DNA of 64,000 nt from Halarcobacter sp. (lineage in GTDB: Bacteria; Campylobacterota; Campylobacteria; Campylobacterales; Arcobacteraceae), in the NCBI GenBank assembly GCA_963676565.1, contig OY781089.1:2112001-2176000 (forward strand), written 5' to 3'. Positions 29,015 through 40,645 of this stretch are shown one piece after another (the stretch's first letter is position 1; every line of letters starts with the position of its first letter). The notes under the pieces are model-generated. The model had not been told where the DNA came from. It saw only the letters and a list, made by a program, of their open reading frames with translations, and did not search any database. A program made the translations under genes and the position numbers.

Positions 29015-30451
29015 TTAAGCAGTATCTTTTCCAATAAATTCTTTTTCATTTGCTTCAGAAACAATAAATTTAGCTATTTCATCTGTTTGTTGAGCTATAA
29101 CTTTAGTTTCATTGGCAATTGAAGCGTTTTGTTGTGTTTGTTGGTCAAGATTATTGATGGCATCATTAATTTGAACAATTCCGGATTCTTGTTCTTTTGA
29201 CGCAGATTCGACATTTGAGATAAGTTCAATTGTTTTATTAATATTTTCATTTAGATAGTTATATCCCAAAATCATTTTATCTGAAATCATTTTCCCATTA
29301 TTTGCTTTAGTTGTTGCTTTTTCAACTAAATTTTTAATCTCTTTTGCTGCTTCAGCTGACCTAGAAGCTAAGTTTCTAACTTCTTGTGCAACTACTGCAA
29401 ATCCTTTTCCTGCTTCACCTGCTGTGGCTGCTTCTACAGCTGCATTTAGTGAAAGAATATTTGTTTGGAAGGCTATTTGGTCAATTACAGTAATTGCTTC
29501 ATTTATAGCATTAACTTCGTCATCAATTTCATTCATAGCAGTTGTTGTTTGTTGTGCTAAATCTTTTCCTTCATTTGCAGAGATGGTAACTTGATTTGCA
29601 AAGTCAGTCATTTTTATAACATTTTGTGTATTTGCTGAAATATTTGAGGTAATCTCTTCTAAAGCAGCAGCTGTCTCTTCTAATGATGCAGCAGCTTCAT
29701 TTGAATTTATATTTAAGTTATCAACATTTGATAAAAGAATATTTGAACTTTTTTCTAGTGTAAGTCCATTTTTTTTATTATCTAACAACATTTTATTAAT
29801 AACATCCGCTAAGTTATTTAGTCCAATTGCAGTTTCTCCTAGATTATTATCATCTGCTATTTTATATGTAAAATCAAGGTTTTGATAGGAGATTAAAGCT
29901 TTTGTAATATTGTTTAAATCCTTATTAACTTTAGAAGATACAATTTTAAACAGTTCATTGATTCCATTTTTAAGTTCTTCAATACCTGTGTTTGTTGTAC
30001 TTTCTTCTATTGTTTGGTTCATATTACCTTCTTTTGCAACATCAATAGCATCTTTTACTGAATTAATTACACTTTTTGAGTCTGTAATATCTTGAGCAAA
30101 TTTAACGACTCTTATCACAACACCTTTATTATCCCTTACAGGAGTATAAGAAGCTTGAATCCAAATTGAGCTACCATCTTTTTTAAATCTTTCAAACTCA
30201 TTGATATTAGATTTACCACTAGCTAAATCTTTCCAAAATTGAGAGTATTCAGAAGAATTTACATAAGTTTTATCACAAAATATTCTATGGTGTTTACCTT
30301 CAATCTCATTTAAAGAGTATCCTAACGCATTTAAAAAATTATCATTGGCATGAATGATTGTACCATCAGGCTTAAAAGAAATAATTGCATAGTTTTCTTC
30401 CATTGCAAGTAATCTCCCTGATTCTTCCTGTGTCTTCCCAAAATTAAACAT
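29015..30451 (-). CDS. soluble PAS-containing methyl-accepting chemotaxis protein
   Basis: N-terminal PAS/PAC ([19 protein letters not shown]), MCP hairpin [32 protein letters not shown], no TM. Confidence 0.92.
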   Translation of the reverse strand: MFNFGKTQEESGRLLAMEENYAIISFKPDGTIIHANDNFLNALGYSLNEIEGKHHRIFCDKTYVNSSEYSQFWKDLASGKSNINEFERFKKDGSSIWIQASYTPVRDNKGVVIRVVKFAQDITDSKSVINSVKDAIDVAKEGNMNQTIEESTTNTGIEELKNGINELFKIVSSKVNKDLNNITKALISYQNLDFTYKIADDNNLGETAIGLNNLADVINKMLLDNKKNGLTLEKSSNILLSNVDNLNINSNEAAASLEETAAALEEITSNISANTQNVIKMTDFANQVTISANEGKDLAQQTTTAMNEIDDEVNAINEAITVIDQIAFQTNILSLNAAVEAATAGEAGKGFAVVAQEVRNLASRSAEAAKEIKNLVEKATTKANNGKMISDKMILGYNYLNENINKTIELISNVESASKEQESGIVQINDAINNLDQQTQQNASIANETKVIAQQTDEIAKFIVSEANEKEFIGKDTA

Positions 30452-30593
30452 AATAAGTGCCTCCTATTATTTACTTATATTTCAACTGTTGAAAAAATTA
30501 TAGTAAAACATAGTATTGTGAAAGTATTATTTTTTCTTATTCTTATATTTTTAAAAAAAGTGTTTTTAAAAAGTTTTAGATATAATTTAAACT

Positions 30594-30845
30594 ATGAGAA
30601 TAGATAAATTTTTAAATGCAGTTAATATTACAAAAAGAAGAGCGGTTGCTGAGGATATGCTTGAGCATAAGGTTGTTTTCATAAATAATCAAGCTGTAAA
30701 GAAGGCAAAAGAGGTAAAAGTTGGTGATTTAATTGAAATTAAATATCTTGAAAGAAGTGATAAATTTAAGGTATTACAGATACCAACTACAAAATCTACA
30801 CCAAAATCTAAAATGGCAGAATATGTCGAAAAAATAGAAGGATAA
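30594..30845 (+). CDS. S4-domain RNA-binding protein (RqcP/Hsp15-like)
   Basis: MRIDKFL...KRRAVA...VKVGDLIEI. Confidence 0.85.
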   Translation: MRIDKFLNAVNITKRRAVAEDMLEHKVVFINNQAVKKAKEVKVGDLIEIKYLERSDKFKVLQIPTTKSTPKSKMAEYVEKIEG

Positions 30846-30848
30846 TAG

Positions 30849-31832
30849 ATGTTCAATATGGCTAAATTAAAATTTGATGATATATTTGAAAATAAACTTC
30901 CTGAGGACGAGGTTAGAGAATATTTAATTGAATTATATAATAGAGGTGAAACTGCAGCTGAAATTGCAGGAGCAGCAAGTGCTATGAGAGACCATTTAAT
31001 TCCTTTGCCAGTCCATTATGATTTAAAAGAAAAATTAATTGATAATTGTGGTACAGGTGGTGATAAATCTAATTCATTTAATATTTCAACTACTGTTTCG
31101 ATTCTTTTAGCCGCTTGCGGATGTTATGTTGCAAAACATGGTAATAGAAGTATTACGAGTAAGAGTGGTAGTGCAGATATGTTAGAAGCACTGGGATTAA
31201 ATTTAAATCTTTCTTTAGAAAATACAGCAAAAATGTTGGAAGATACAGGTTTTTGTTTTATGTTTGCACAAAATCACCATCCAGCTATGAAATATGTTAT
31301 GCCTATAAGAAAATCAATCCCACATAGAACTATATTTAATATTTTAGGGCCTTTAGCTAATCCTGCTACTGTATCAAAACAACTAATTGGTGTATTTAGT
31401 GATTCCTATATTAATAAAATGATTACTGCACTCACTTTATTAGATACAAATAGAGCAATGGTAGTAAGTTCAAAAGATGGCATGGATGAAATATCTATAA
31501 GTGATATAAGTTATGCAACTAGTTTAATTAATGAAAGGACTAGTGATTTTATTATAGATCCACAAGAGTATGGAATGAAACTATCTCCTAAAGAAGCAAT
31601 ATTAGGCGGAGATGCCACATATAATGCAAAAATTACAAAAGCAATATTATCTAATGAAGAAGAGGGTGCAAAACTTGACATTGTATTAATTAATGCTGCA
31701 GCAGCATTAATTGTTGATGAAAAAGCAAATGATTTTAAAGAGGGTATTGAAATAGCAAGAGATGCTATAAAAAGTTTAAAAGCAAAAGAAAAATTAGAAG
31801 AGTTAATTGCAGTTTCTTCAAAATTAAATTAG
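30849..31832 (+). CDS. trpD: anthranilate phosphoribosyltransferase
   Basis: DNCGTGGD, FNIST, KHGNRSITSKSGSAD, HHPAM, GMDE. Confidence 0.95.
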   Translation: MFNMAKLKFDDIFENKLPEDEVREYLIELYNRGETAAEIAGAASAMRDHLIPLPVHYDLKEKLIDNCGTGGDKSNSFNISTTVSILLAACGCYVAKHGNRSITSKSGSADMLEALGLNLNLSLENTAKMLEDTGFCFMFAQNHHPAMKYVMPIRKSIPHRTIFNILGPLANPATVSKQLIGVFSDSYINKMITALTLLDTNRAMVVSSKDGMDEISISDISYATSLINERTSDFIIDPQEYGMKLSPKEAILGGDATYNAKITKAILSNEEEGAKLDIVLINAAAALIVDEKANDFKEGIEIARDAIKSLKAKEKLEELIAVSSKLN

Positions 31833-31840
31833 GCTATTCC

Positions 31841-32260
31841 TTGTTTACAAAAATTTTAGCTTTAGATGAAATAAATGTTGTTGTTGAGGAATTAAAAAAG
31901 TTATTAGAAAACTTTAATAATGAAGCTATTGTTATTTTACGAGGAGATTTAGCAAGTGGAAAAACTACATTTGTAAAAAACTTTGTAAAATCATCAGGAA
32001 TTGAAGATATAGTTACATCACCAACTTTTTCTCTACAATCTATTTATGATAATAGAATTTTCCATTATGATGTTTATAATAAAACATTAGAAGAATTTAT
32101 CTCTTTAGGTTTGTTAGAAGAGTTTGAAAAAAATGGTATCCATTTTGTAGAGTGGGGTGATGAAAAACTTGAAGAATTATTAAAATCTTATGGTTTTGAT
32201 GTACTTGTTCTAAATATTGAAAAACTAGAGAATAAAAGGCAATATAAAATAGATGAATAA
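31841..32260 (+). CDS. tsaE: tRNA threonylcarbamoyladenosine biosynthesis ATPase TsaE
   Basis: GDLASGKT Walker A, VTSPTF, HYDVY, VEWG. Confidence 0.9.
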   Translation: MFTKILALDEINVVVEELKKLLENFNNEAIVILRGDLASGKTTFVKNFVKSSGIEDIVTSPTFSLQSIYDNRIFHYDVYNKTLEEFISLGLLEEFEKNGIHFVEWGDEKLEELLKSYGFDVLVLNIEKLENKRQYKIDE

Positions 32261-32984
32261 AAAAAGTAAATTAAGAATTGAAGGTATTACCAAAAGTATT
32301 AAAAAAACACAAATTTTACACGGTATTTCCCTTGAAGTAAACTCTGGTGAGATTGTAGGTTTATTAGGTCCTAATGGGGCTGGTAAAACTACAACTTTTT
32401 ATACAGTATGTGGACTTGTTAGTCCAACAAATGGGAAAGTTTATTTTGATGAAGAGGATATCACTGAACTTCCTTTACATAAAAGAGCATTAAAAGGTAT
32501 TGGTTACCTTCCTCAAGAGTCATCTATTTTTAAAGATTTATCAGTTGAAGACAATCTAATGTTAGCTGCACAAATTGTTACAAAAGATAAAAAAGAGCAA
32601 CATAAGCGGGTTGAAGATTTACTAGAGGTTTTTAATATTGAACCTATAAGACAAAGAAAAGGTATCTCTTTATCAGGTGGGGAAAGAAGAAGAACTGAGA
32701 TTGCTAGAGCTTTAGTATCTAAACCAAAATTTTTATTACTAGATGAACCATTTGCAGGTGTTGACCCTATTGCTGTTAAAGATATTCAAGAGATTATTCA
32801 TGAATTAACAAAAATTGGAATAGGGATATTAATCACTGACCATAATGTAAGGGAAACCCTAGAGATTTGTAACAGGGCTTATGTTATGAAAAGTGGTAGC
32901 TTACTTGCTTCTGGAAATGCAGAAGAGATAAAAAGTGATGGAAGCGTTAGGGAACACTATTTAGGAGAAAGTTTTAACTTTTAA
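32253..32984 (+). CDS. lptB: LPS export ABC transporter ATP-binding protein
   Basis: [54 protein letters not shown]. Confidence 0.95.
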   Translation: MNKKSKLRIEGITKSIKKTQILHGISLEVNSGEIVGLLGPNGAGKTTTFYTVCGLVSPTNGKVYFDEEDITELPLHKRALKGIGYLPQESSIFKDLSVEDNLMLAAQIVTKDKKEQHKRVEDLLEVFNIEPIRQRKGISLSGGERRRTEIARALVSKPKFLLLDEPFAGVDPIAVKDIQEIIHELTKIGIGILITDHNVRETLEICNRAYVMKSGSLLASGNAEEIKSDGSVREHYLGESFNF

Positions 32985-34273
32985 GAACAATTAATATAAT
33001 TGTTCCCTCTCTTTTTTGCTTCATCTAAAGATAGGCTTACTCTTTTTAATAAAGTTTCAAAATCATCATCTTTATTTAAAACTGTAATTCCAAAACTTAT
33101 AAATAGTTCATTTTCAGTAAAAAATTCATTTTTAATAATATTCTTTTTGATTTTTTCAGAAACATATTGTGCCCCCTCAACTTTAGTTTGAGGTAAAATC
33201 ATTAAAAAATTAAATTCATCCCATCTTCCTATACTATCAAACTCTCTAATATTGTTTAAAACTATTTCACTTGTTTCTATTAGAACTTCATCAGCTAATG
33301 GTTTATTATCTAAATTATTTATATCAAAAGCAATTATTGATAAATCATTTCCATACCTTTTATCCCGTCTAATCTCTTTTGATAAAATATCTTTAAATTT
33401 GTTACAGTTATATAATCCTGTCAAAGGATCATGATTTGCTTGAAAATCAAATAGATTTAATTTTTCATTTATTTGAGTAATATCTAAAAGAGTTAAAAAG
33501 TATCTATTTCTTTCATTTTCTATTCTATCAACATTTATTAAAAATGAGATTTCATTGCCTTCATTATCTTTAACTTTTATAATTTTATTTAAGTCATTAA
33601 GATTTTTTAATTTTTCAATATCTTTTGTTTGGGATACACTTAAAAAAGGTTCAAAAAAATCTTCAGAGCTAAATAATTTATATAAAGTATCAAATTCTAA
33701 GAGAAACTTATCTTGATTTTTTATAGAGAAAAACTCTTGAAAACTTTTATTAACTTCAATGATTTTTTCATTTTCAATAAGAATTACCATATTTTTTTGA
33801 GCATCCAAAATATTTTTTATCTCTTTTTTCTCATCTTGAATTTTATTTTTCAGTTCTACATTTACAGATTCTAACTCTTTTTTTAAAAATATTGGCTCAG
33901 ATGCTCTAATCATATTTTGTACTAACTGATATAAGTCCACAGGTTTTAATACATATGAACTTACATTTAAATCGATAGCTTTTTTTAAAAAGTAGTGGTC
34001 ATTATGGGCACTTGTGATTAGTAAAGGGATAGAAGAGTCTTCTTCTCTAATCTTTTCACAAACTTCAAGACCACCAACTTTTGGTATATTAATATCCGTT
34101 AAAACTAAATTAATATCTTTATTTTTTTTATATATATCAAGTGCATCTGCCCCATTTGCACATACAAAAACTTTTTTAACAATAGAGGATAAGGTTTTAA
34201 ATGTAAATTCTCTAATATCATCTTCATCTTCAATATATAAGATGACCAGGTTATTTAATATCTCTTTATTCAT
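32981..34273 (-). CDS. REC-PAS-like-GGDEF protein with degenerate active site
   Basis: REC (IEDE, TDINIP, KP), HDPLTGLYN, but GRWDEFNF in place of GGDEF. Confidence 0.8.
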   Translation of the reverse strand: MNKEILNNLVILYIEDEDDIREFTFKTLSSIVKKVFVCANGADALDIYKKNKDINLVLTDINIPKVGGLEVCEKIREEDSSIPLLITSAHNDHYFLKKAIDLNVSSYVLKPVDLYQLVQNMIRASEPIFLKKELESVNVELKNKIQDEKKEIKNILDAQKNMVILIENEKIIEVNKSFQEFFSIKNQDKFLLEFDTLYKLFSSEDFFEPFLSVSQTKDIEKLKNLNDLNKIIKVKDNEGNEISFLINVDRIENERNRYFLTLLDITQINEKLNLFDFQANHDPLTGLYNCNKFKDILSKEIRRDKRYGNDLSIIAFDINNLDNKPLADEVLIETSEIVLNNIREFDSIGRWDEFNFLMILPQTKVEGAQYVSEKIKKNIIKNEFFTENELFISFGITVLNKDDDFETLLKRVSLSLDEAKKRGNNYINCS

Positions 34274-34326
34274 ATAAAACCTTTTTTTTAATTATCTAAT
34301 ATTATAAAAAAATTATTTAAAAGTAA

Positions 34327-35049
34327 CTAATTGAAAATCTTAATTGCATTTTTTAGATCTTCTTCTGTGTCAATTCCAAAAGATTTTGATTCAACTTCAA
34401 CCATTGCAATTTTATGACCATTATCAATAGCTCTTAATTGTTCTAACTTTTCAATTGTTTCTAATTTTGATTGATTAAGGGAACAAAATTCATTTAATGA
34501 TTTTTTAGTAAAACCATAAATTCCTAGATGTCCATAATAAGAAGATGTCTCATAGTGATCTCTATGATATGGGATTTTTGATCTTGAAAAATAGATTGCA
34601 TTCGAGTTTTCATCTAAAATTACTTTTACATGATTTGGGTCATCTGCAAGTTCAGAACTTATTTTTTTAAAACAACTAGTTATCATTATTTTTTCATTAT
34701 TTTTTTTAACTTTTTTTACTCTATTTATTACTTTTTCTATAACCTCTGGTTCTATAAATGGTTCATCACCTTGAACATTTATAATGATTTCATCATCATC
34801 TAGATTTAAAATATTTACTGCTTCGTTAATTCTATCTGTACCACTTTGATGTTCACTTGAGGTTAAAACAGCATCAAAACCGTATTCATTGGCTAAGTCA
34901 ATAACTTCTTGTGAATCTGTTGCAATAACTACCTTGTCTAAAGAGCTTACTTGTTTTGCAGTTCTTATAACCATTGGTAAGCCTAGAATATCCACTAAAA
35001 TTTTGTTTGCAAATCTACTTGAGTTTAATCTTGCAGGTATTATAATCAT
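34327..35049 (-). CDS. kdsB: 3-deoxy-manno-octulosonate cytidylyltransferase
   Basis: IPARLNSSRF, HQSGTDR, NVQGDEP, YFSR, EKLEQLR. Confidence 0.95.
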   Translation of the reverse strand: MIIIPARLNSSRFANKILVDILGLPMVIRTAKQVSSLDKVVIATDSQEVIDLANEYGFDAVLTSSEHQSGTDRINEAVNILNLDDDEIIINVQGDEPFIEPEVIEKVINRVKKVKKNNEKIMITSCFKKISSELADDPNHVKVILDENSNAIYFSRSKIPYHRDHYETSSYYGHLGIYGFTKKSLNEFCSLNQSKLETIEKLEQLRAIDNGHKIAMVEVESKSFGIDTEEDLKNAIKIFN

Positions 35050-35076
35050 TTAATTAATCCTTTTAACTATAAATAT

Positions 35077-36573
35077 TTATTTTTCATATGGTAATGAGAT
35101 TTTTATTGTTGTACCATCTTCGTTGTTTTTTGCAGTAATTATTCCATTTAAATGGATGTTTACTATTATTTTACTCATGTAAAGTCCTAATCCTACACCA
35201 TGCTTTTGCTCTTTTGTTGAAAAATATGGTTCAAAAACTTGATGGATAATATCCTCATCAATACCTTTTGCATTGTCTGAAATTTCAATTATGAGTTTAT
35301 CATCAATTTGATTTTGATTTATTTTTATTCTTTTATTTGAAATCTTGTTTTTATTAAATGCCTCTATTGAATTTTTAATTATATTAATCAAAACATCAAT
35401 TAATTCATTTTTCAAAGATTTAAATACTAAATTTTTATTTATCTTTTTTTCAAAAATAATATCTTTTATATCATATTCTAAAGCAATCTTATCCCTTACT
35501 TCATTAAGAACATCATCAAAAGTCATTTCCTCTTTTTTGTTTTTTAATTGAAGAAATTTTTGAAAGCTTTCAATTGTTTTAGAAAGTTTAACAGCTTCAT
35601 CATGGATTGTTTCCAATGTTGAAATAGTATCTTTTTTTGAAGGAGTTTCATCCATTGAGTAATTTATCTCAAGTTTTTGTGCTTGAATTGAGATAAAATT
35701 TAAGGGTTGTCTCCATTCATGGGATAACATTTGCAAAGTCTCTGTCATAATTGCAAGTTTTGATTTTTGTAGTAGTAGTTTATCTTTTTGTTCAATCTCA
35801 TCTTTTGCTTTTGAGATTTCAGATTTTAATAAAGATGAAGAATCATTTAAATTTATCTCTTTTGTAATATCAAACATTAAAAAAGTATATCCTGTTACGT
35901 CACCATATTTATTGTAAATTGGCTTTGCTCGTAAATTTATCCAGAAGGTTGAACCATCTTTTTTTAGTTTTTTTAGTTTTCCATTCCATTCTTGAAAATT
36001 TTCAAGATTTGATAGAATATTTTTATAAATAATTAAATCTGAATCTGTATGGGCTAAAGATGAGAAAGATTTTCCAACTAATTCTTTTTCGTCATATCCT
36101 GAAAGTTTACAAAATGCAGAACTTGCTTTTGTTATATGTCCATGTAAATCTGTATGCATCGATATTACATAATCATTTAAAATCTCATCATCTGAGATTT
36201 GAGAGGTGATATCTTTTGTATTTATTACAAAAAGATTGTTGTTTAACATTGTAGAAATTGTGATTTTTAAATAAACTCTTTTTTTATCTTTTCTTTTACA
36301 AGCTAAATCAATTTCTGCTTTGTATTTTTTACTTTTGTCAGTGTTTTTTAAAAGATTAAAAAAAGACTCTTTGAATTTATCTTCCATCAATGAAGAGAAA
36401 CTTGTACTTAATAATTCTTCTTTTGAAAAACCAAGTATTGGCATAAATGCATTATTTATATAAATAAATTTGGTATTTTCATCAATGATTCCAATACCAT
36501 CCCAAGAATTATTTATTATCTCTTGTAATTCTAAATTATTTCTTTTAAGCTTTTCAATGTCTTGCTTAGTCAA
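35077..36573 (-). CDS. dual-PAS sensor histidine kinase
   Basis: Two PAS domains, LSHEWRQPL, DNAKG, GVGLGL. Confidence 0.88.
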   Translation of the reverse strand: MTKQDIEKLKRNNLELQEIINNSWDGIGIIDENTKFIYINNAFMPILGFSKEELLSTSFSSLMEDKFKESFFNLLKNTDKSKKYKAEIDLACKRKDKKRVYLKITISTMLNNNLFVINTKDITSQISDDEILNDYVISMHTDLHGHITKASSAFCKLSGYDEKELVGKSFSSLAHTDSDLIIYKNILSNLENFQEWNGKLKKLKKDGSTFWINLRAKPIYNKYGDVTGYTFLMFDITKEINLNDSSSLLKSEISKAKDEIEQKDKLLLQKSKLAIMTETLQMLSHEWRQPLNFISIQAQKLEINYSMDETPSKKDTISTLETIHDEAVKLSKTIESFQKFLQLKNKKEEMTFDDVLNEVRDKIALEYDIKDIIFEKKINKNLVFKSLKNELIDVLINIIKNSIEAFNKNKISNKRIKINQNQIDDKLIIEISDNAKGIDEDIIHQVFEPYFSTKEQKHGVGLGLYMSKIIVNIHLNGIITAKNNEDGTTIKISLPYEK

Positions 36574-36644
36574 TATAAAACCTTATTTTTAGTGACAATA
36601 TTATAATATAAAATCTTTAAACAAGAGTATGAAAGAGTTATTAT

Positions 36645-39347
36645 ATGAAGAAAACTATTACAGTTATTGATACATTTGGATTTTTATTTAGAAGTTATTA
36701 TGCCTTACCTCCACTAAAATCAAAAAGTGGTTTTCCAACAGGTTTATTAACAGGTTTTATGAATTTTGTTTCAAATATAGGAAAAGATTTTCAAACAGAT
36801 TATTTAGTATTTGCCTTAGATTCAAAGGGTGACACCTTTAGAAAAGAGATATATAATGAATACAAATCTCATAGACCTGATGTTCCTGAGGATTTATTAA
36901 AACAACTTCCAATTGCAATTGATTGGATTGTTAAAATGGGATTTCAAGTTGCAATGGAAGATGGTTTTGAAGCAGATGATATTATTGCATCAATTGCAAA
37001 TGATGCTAAATGCAACGATATAGAAGTAAGAATAGTTTCTCACGATAAAGACCTTTATCAATTAATTGATGATAAAAATGAGATTTATTTATTTGATCCA
37101 ATTAAAAAAACAGTGATTGATGAGGGAAAATGTTTTGATAAATATGGTGTAAAACCAAAGCAATTTACAGACTATCAATCTTTATTAGGGGATAGTGCCG
37201 ATAATGTTCCTGGGGTTAAAGGAGTTGGCGCAAAAACTGCAGAAGCTTTAATTAAACAATATGGTAGTTTAGATTCTATTTATGAAAATCTTGAAAATAT
37301 TGAAAAACCAAGATGGCAAAAGCTTTTAACTGAAGGTAAAGAGATGGCATATATTTCAAGACAATTGGTTACTTTACATACTGATTGCCATTGCATAGAA
37401 GAGATTGAAAACTATACTTTACCCCAAGAGAATCCAATATTGAAAATTGCTGATACCTTAATTGAATACGATATGAATAGGATAATTGATAGGGTTAATA
37501 AAGAGGGTTTAAATTACAAAACTAAAATGCCACAGGAACAAATAGCTGTTCCAGTAAAAAAAGATGAAAACATTGAATATATTCTTTTAAATGATGAAAA
37601 TGAATTAATAAAAACAGTTGAAACAATAAAAGATGATACTCTAGTAGCCTTTGATACAGAAACAACTGATTTAGACACAAAAAATGCAAAGCTTGTAGGT
37701 TTTTCATTTGCATATGAGGATAATAAAGCATTTTATGTACCAATAAATCATAACTATTTAGGAGTACCAACTCAAATTTCAATGGATAGTGCAAAAAAGG
37801 CTATAAATGAACTAAACAAGAAAAAACTAATACTACAAAATTTTAAATATGATTATTCGATAGTTAAAAATCAATTAGATATTGAATTAAATTTATTTGC
37901 AGATACTATGATTTTAGCTTGGCTTTTAGATTCAAGTTCTAAAATTGGTCTTGACGCATTAGCGGATAAATATTTTGACCATAAAATGATTGCCTATAAA
38001 GATGTTGTTAAAAAAGGTGAAAATTTTTCTAATGTGGAGATTGAAGAAGCTTGTAAATATGCTGCAGAAGATGCACTATATACTTATAAAATTTATTATA
38101 AATTATTAGAAGAGTTTAAAAATAAAGATTGTGAGAATTTAATAAAAGTTGCCCATGAATATGAATTTGATTTTATTTATGTCTTAGCTAGTATGGAAGA
38201 GTTGGGAATAAAAGTTGATGTTAATAAACTTGAAGAATTAAAATTAACCAATCAAGAAACAATACAAAGATTAACTTCAAATATCTATGAGCTTGCAAAT
38301 ACAGAATTCAATATAAACTCGCCTAAACAATTAGGTACTATACTTTTTGAAACATTAAAACTTCCACCATCAAAGAAAACAAAAAGTGGTTATAGCACAA
38401 ATGAAGTGGTACTTCAAAAATTAAAAGATGAACATGAAATAGTTCCTTTACTTTTAAATTATAGAGAAGCTTTTAAACTTCAATCTACTTATATTGAACC
38501 CCTACTTGAACTAGGTAATAAAAATGATGAAAATAGAATATTTACCTCGTTTTTACAAACAGGAACAGCAACGGGAAGATTAAGCTCTAAAAATCCTAAT
38601 TTACAAAATATCCCAGTACGAACTAAAGCAGGTTCACAAATTAGAAGTGCTTTTATTCCACAAGAAGGGTATAAATTACTAGGAATTGATTACTCACAAA
38701 TTGAATTAAGACTATTGGCTCACTTTTCACAAGATAAAGCTTTGCTTGATGCTTTTAATGAAAATAAGGATATCCATAGACAAACAGCAGTGAAGATTTT
38801 TGGGGAAGAGGAAGCTGACTCAAAAAGGTCAATTGCTAAATCAATAAATTTTGGTTTATTGTATGGAATGGGAAGTAGAAAACTTGGAGATACATTAGGA
38901 ATTCCAGCAAAAGAAGCAAAAAAATATATAGATGCTTATTTTGAAAACTTTACAAGTGTAAAAGATTATTTAAAATCGATTGAAGATAAAGCTTTAGAAG
39001 ATGGTTATGTAGAAACTTTGATTGGTAGAAGAAGGTTATTTGATTTTGATTCAGCAAATGCAATGATGAGAGCAGCATTCTTAAGAGAATCAGTTAATAC
39101 ATTATTTCAAGGAAGTGCAGCTGATTTGATAAAACTTTCAATGATAAAAATTCATAATGAATATAAAAATAATGAAAATGTGAAAATGTTACTTCAAATC
39201 CACGATGAACTTATTTTTGAAGTAAAAGATGAAGAAATAGATAAAATAACAAAAAATTTGGTAGATATTATGGAGAATATATATAAATTAAGAGTTCCTC
39301 TAAAGGTATCGAAAACTCTTGGTTTAAGTTGGCAAGAGTTGAAATAA
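36645..39347 (+). CDS. polA: DNA polymerase I
   Basis: 5'-3' exonuclease (EADD, GDSADNVPGV), 3'-5' exonuclease (FDTETT), polymerase motifs DYSQIELR, KSINFGLLYG, QIHDEL. Confidence 0.97.
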   Translation: MKKTITVIDTFGFLFRSYYALPPLKSKSGFPTGLLTGFMNFVSNIGKDFQTDYLVFALDSKGDTFRKEIYNEYKSHRPDVPEDLLKQLPIAIDWIVKMGFQVAMEDGFEADDIIASIANDAKCNDIEVRIVSHDKDLYQLIDDKNEIYLFDPIKKTVIDEGKCFDKYGVKPKQFTDYQSLLGDSADNVPGVKGVGAKTAEALIKQYGSLDSIYENLENIEKPRWQKLLTEGKEMAYISRQLVTLHTDCHCIEEIENYTLPQENPILKIADTLIEYDMNRIIDRVNKEGLNYKTKMPQEQIAVPVKKDENIEYILLNDENELIKTVETIKDDTLVAFDTETTDLDTKNAKLVGFSFAYEDNKAFYVPINHNYLGVPTQISMDSAKKAINELNKKKLILQNFKYDYSIVKNQLDIELNLFADTMILAWLLDSSSKIGLDALADKYFDHKMIAYKDVVKKGENFSNVEIEEACKYAAEDALYTYKIYYKLLEEFKNKDCENLIKVAHEYEFDFIYVLASMEELGIKVDVNKLEELKLTNQETIQRLTSNIYELANTEFNINSPKQLGTILFETLKLPPSKKTKSGYSTNEVVLQKLKDEHEIVPLLLNYREAFKLQSTYIEPLLELGNKNDENRIFTSFLQTGTATGRLSSKNPNLQNIPVRTKAGSQIRSAFIPQEGYKLLGIDYSQIELRLLAHFSQDKALLDAFNENKDIHRQTAVKIFGEEEADSKRSIAKSINFGLLYGMGSRKLGDTLGIPAKEAKKYIDAYFENFTSVKDYLKSIEDKALEDGYVETLIGRRRLFDFDSANAMMRAAFLRESVNTLFQGSAADLIKLSMIKIHNEYKNNENVKMLLQIHDELIFEVKDEEIDKITKNLVDIMENIYKLRVPLKVSKTLGLSWQELK

Positions 39348-39389
39348 CAACTAAGATATAAATTTTTTTTATTTTTTAATAATTTTATT

Positions 39390-39418
39390 TTGACATTTCT
39401 ATTTTATTCTGATAGAAT
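39390..39418 (+). promoter_or_regulatory. sigma70 promoter
   Basis: TTGACA-17 nt-TAGAAT with extended TG. Confidence 0.65.
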
Positions 39419-39433
39419 TTAAAAAAAATTATT

Positions 39434-40144
39434 ATGAAAGAGGGCATTATGATTAAGACCTTAAAAAACATAAGAAAGCTTTACAACGCAAAATTACTAT
39501 TTGTAAGTAACGACGATAATGTAAAAAACACAATTGAAAATGAATTTGATGAATATTTTAAAGAGTTAACATTAGTTAAAAGTTATGATGAAGCAATTTC
39601 ATTAATTAATGAAAATAGTTATGATATGGTTATTATTGATACTGATATAGCAGGAAAAGACTTTGAAGAAGTATGTTCTAATATAAGTGCTGCAGCACCA
39701 AATTTACCTAAAATAGTTATTTCTGGTGATGATAACAACGAAAATATTGTTACAGCAATAAATAATAGTGCTTATACATTTTTAACTAAACCTTTAAGAC
39801 CTAAGGGTGTAAAACTAGCTGTAATTATGTGTTTAAATCAAACTAAAAGAGGTGACAAAATCGAATTCCAACATGGAATTTATTTTGATGAATATAGAGA
39901 TCAGTTTTATAAAGCAGGAGGAACACTTATTGACTTCACTAGGCTTGAAAAAGGTTTCTTAAAACTACTAATTGCTAAAAAAGGTGAAGTTGTTGATTAT
40001 GATACAATTAAAAATGTAGTTTGGAAAGGTAAAAACATGTCTATTTACACTATGAGAAATATTGTAAATAAAGTTAGACAAAAAACCTATTATGAGATTG
40101 TTAGAAATCACTCTAATAAAGGTTATGTAATTGATGAAGTTTAA
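39434..40144 (+). CDS. OmpR-family response regulator (atypical acidic pocket)
   Basis: REC (LFVSNDD, IIDTD, TKP) plus winged helix (VNKVRQK, NKGY). Confidence 0.82.
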   Translation: MKEGIMIKTLKNIRKLYNAKLLFVSNDDNVKNTIENEFDEYFKELTLVKSYDEAISLINENSYDMVIIDTDIAGKDFEEVCSNISAAAPNLPKIVISGDDNNENIVTAINNSAYTFLTKPLRPKGVKLAVIMCLNQTKRGDKIEFQHGIYFDEYRDQFYKAGGTLIDFTRLEKGFLKLLIAKKGEVVDYDTIKNVVWKGKNMSIYTMRNIVNKVRQKTYYEIVRNHSNKGYVIDEV

Positions 40145-40186
40145 TTTTCACTTCATCTTTTTTTACTATAATATGTAAAGACTAGC

Positions 40187-40381
40187 ATGGAAGAGATAAT
40201 AGTATCGAAAGAAGAATTGATTGATAAGTTTGAAAATCAAGAGATTACTGATACAGGAAGAGGCTGGATGATGGGTGATGAAGAGATTGAAATAATTGCT
40301 CTTCATGATGTTGATCCAAAGTTTCTCCAAGATGTTACTAATGCTAAATTTTACAAATTAATACCAAAAAAGGGGAAATAA
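40187..40381 (+). CDS. small acidic hypothetical protein
   Basis: 64-aa ORF preceded by TATAAT, 3 nt from the next gene. Confidence 0.65.
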   Translation: MEEIIVSKEELIDKFENQEITDTGRGWMMGDEEIEIIALHDVDPKFLQDVTNAKFYKLIPKKGK

Positions 40382-40384
40382 CTA

Positions 40385-40645
40385 ATGTCACATTGCCCAT
40401 ACTGCGGAAAAAAAATCGCTATGAGTAAAGCCTTCTGTTCTAGAGGTTGCAAAGAAAACTATTTTCAATTAATTGCAATTCAAGTTCCGAAACCATTTTT
40501 AAAAAGAATTTTTGTTTTTAGTACACAAGAAGAGCGAGAAGCTGAAATTGAAAACTTTGCAAATAGACATGGTTGGAGAATTGATTTACTGCAAAAGAAA
40601 ATTGATGAATTAGCAGTAGAATATGGCTACGTCGAATCAAACTAA
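40385..40645 (+). CDS. zinc-ribbon protein (DUF2116-like)
   Basis: HCPYCG...FCSRGC. Confidence 0.7.
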   Translation: MSHCPYCGKKIAMSKAFCSRGCKENYFQLIAIQVPKPFLKRIFVFSTQEEREAEIENFANRHGWRIDLLQKKIDELAVEYGYVESN

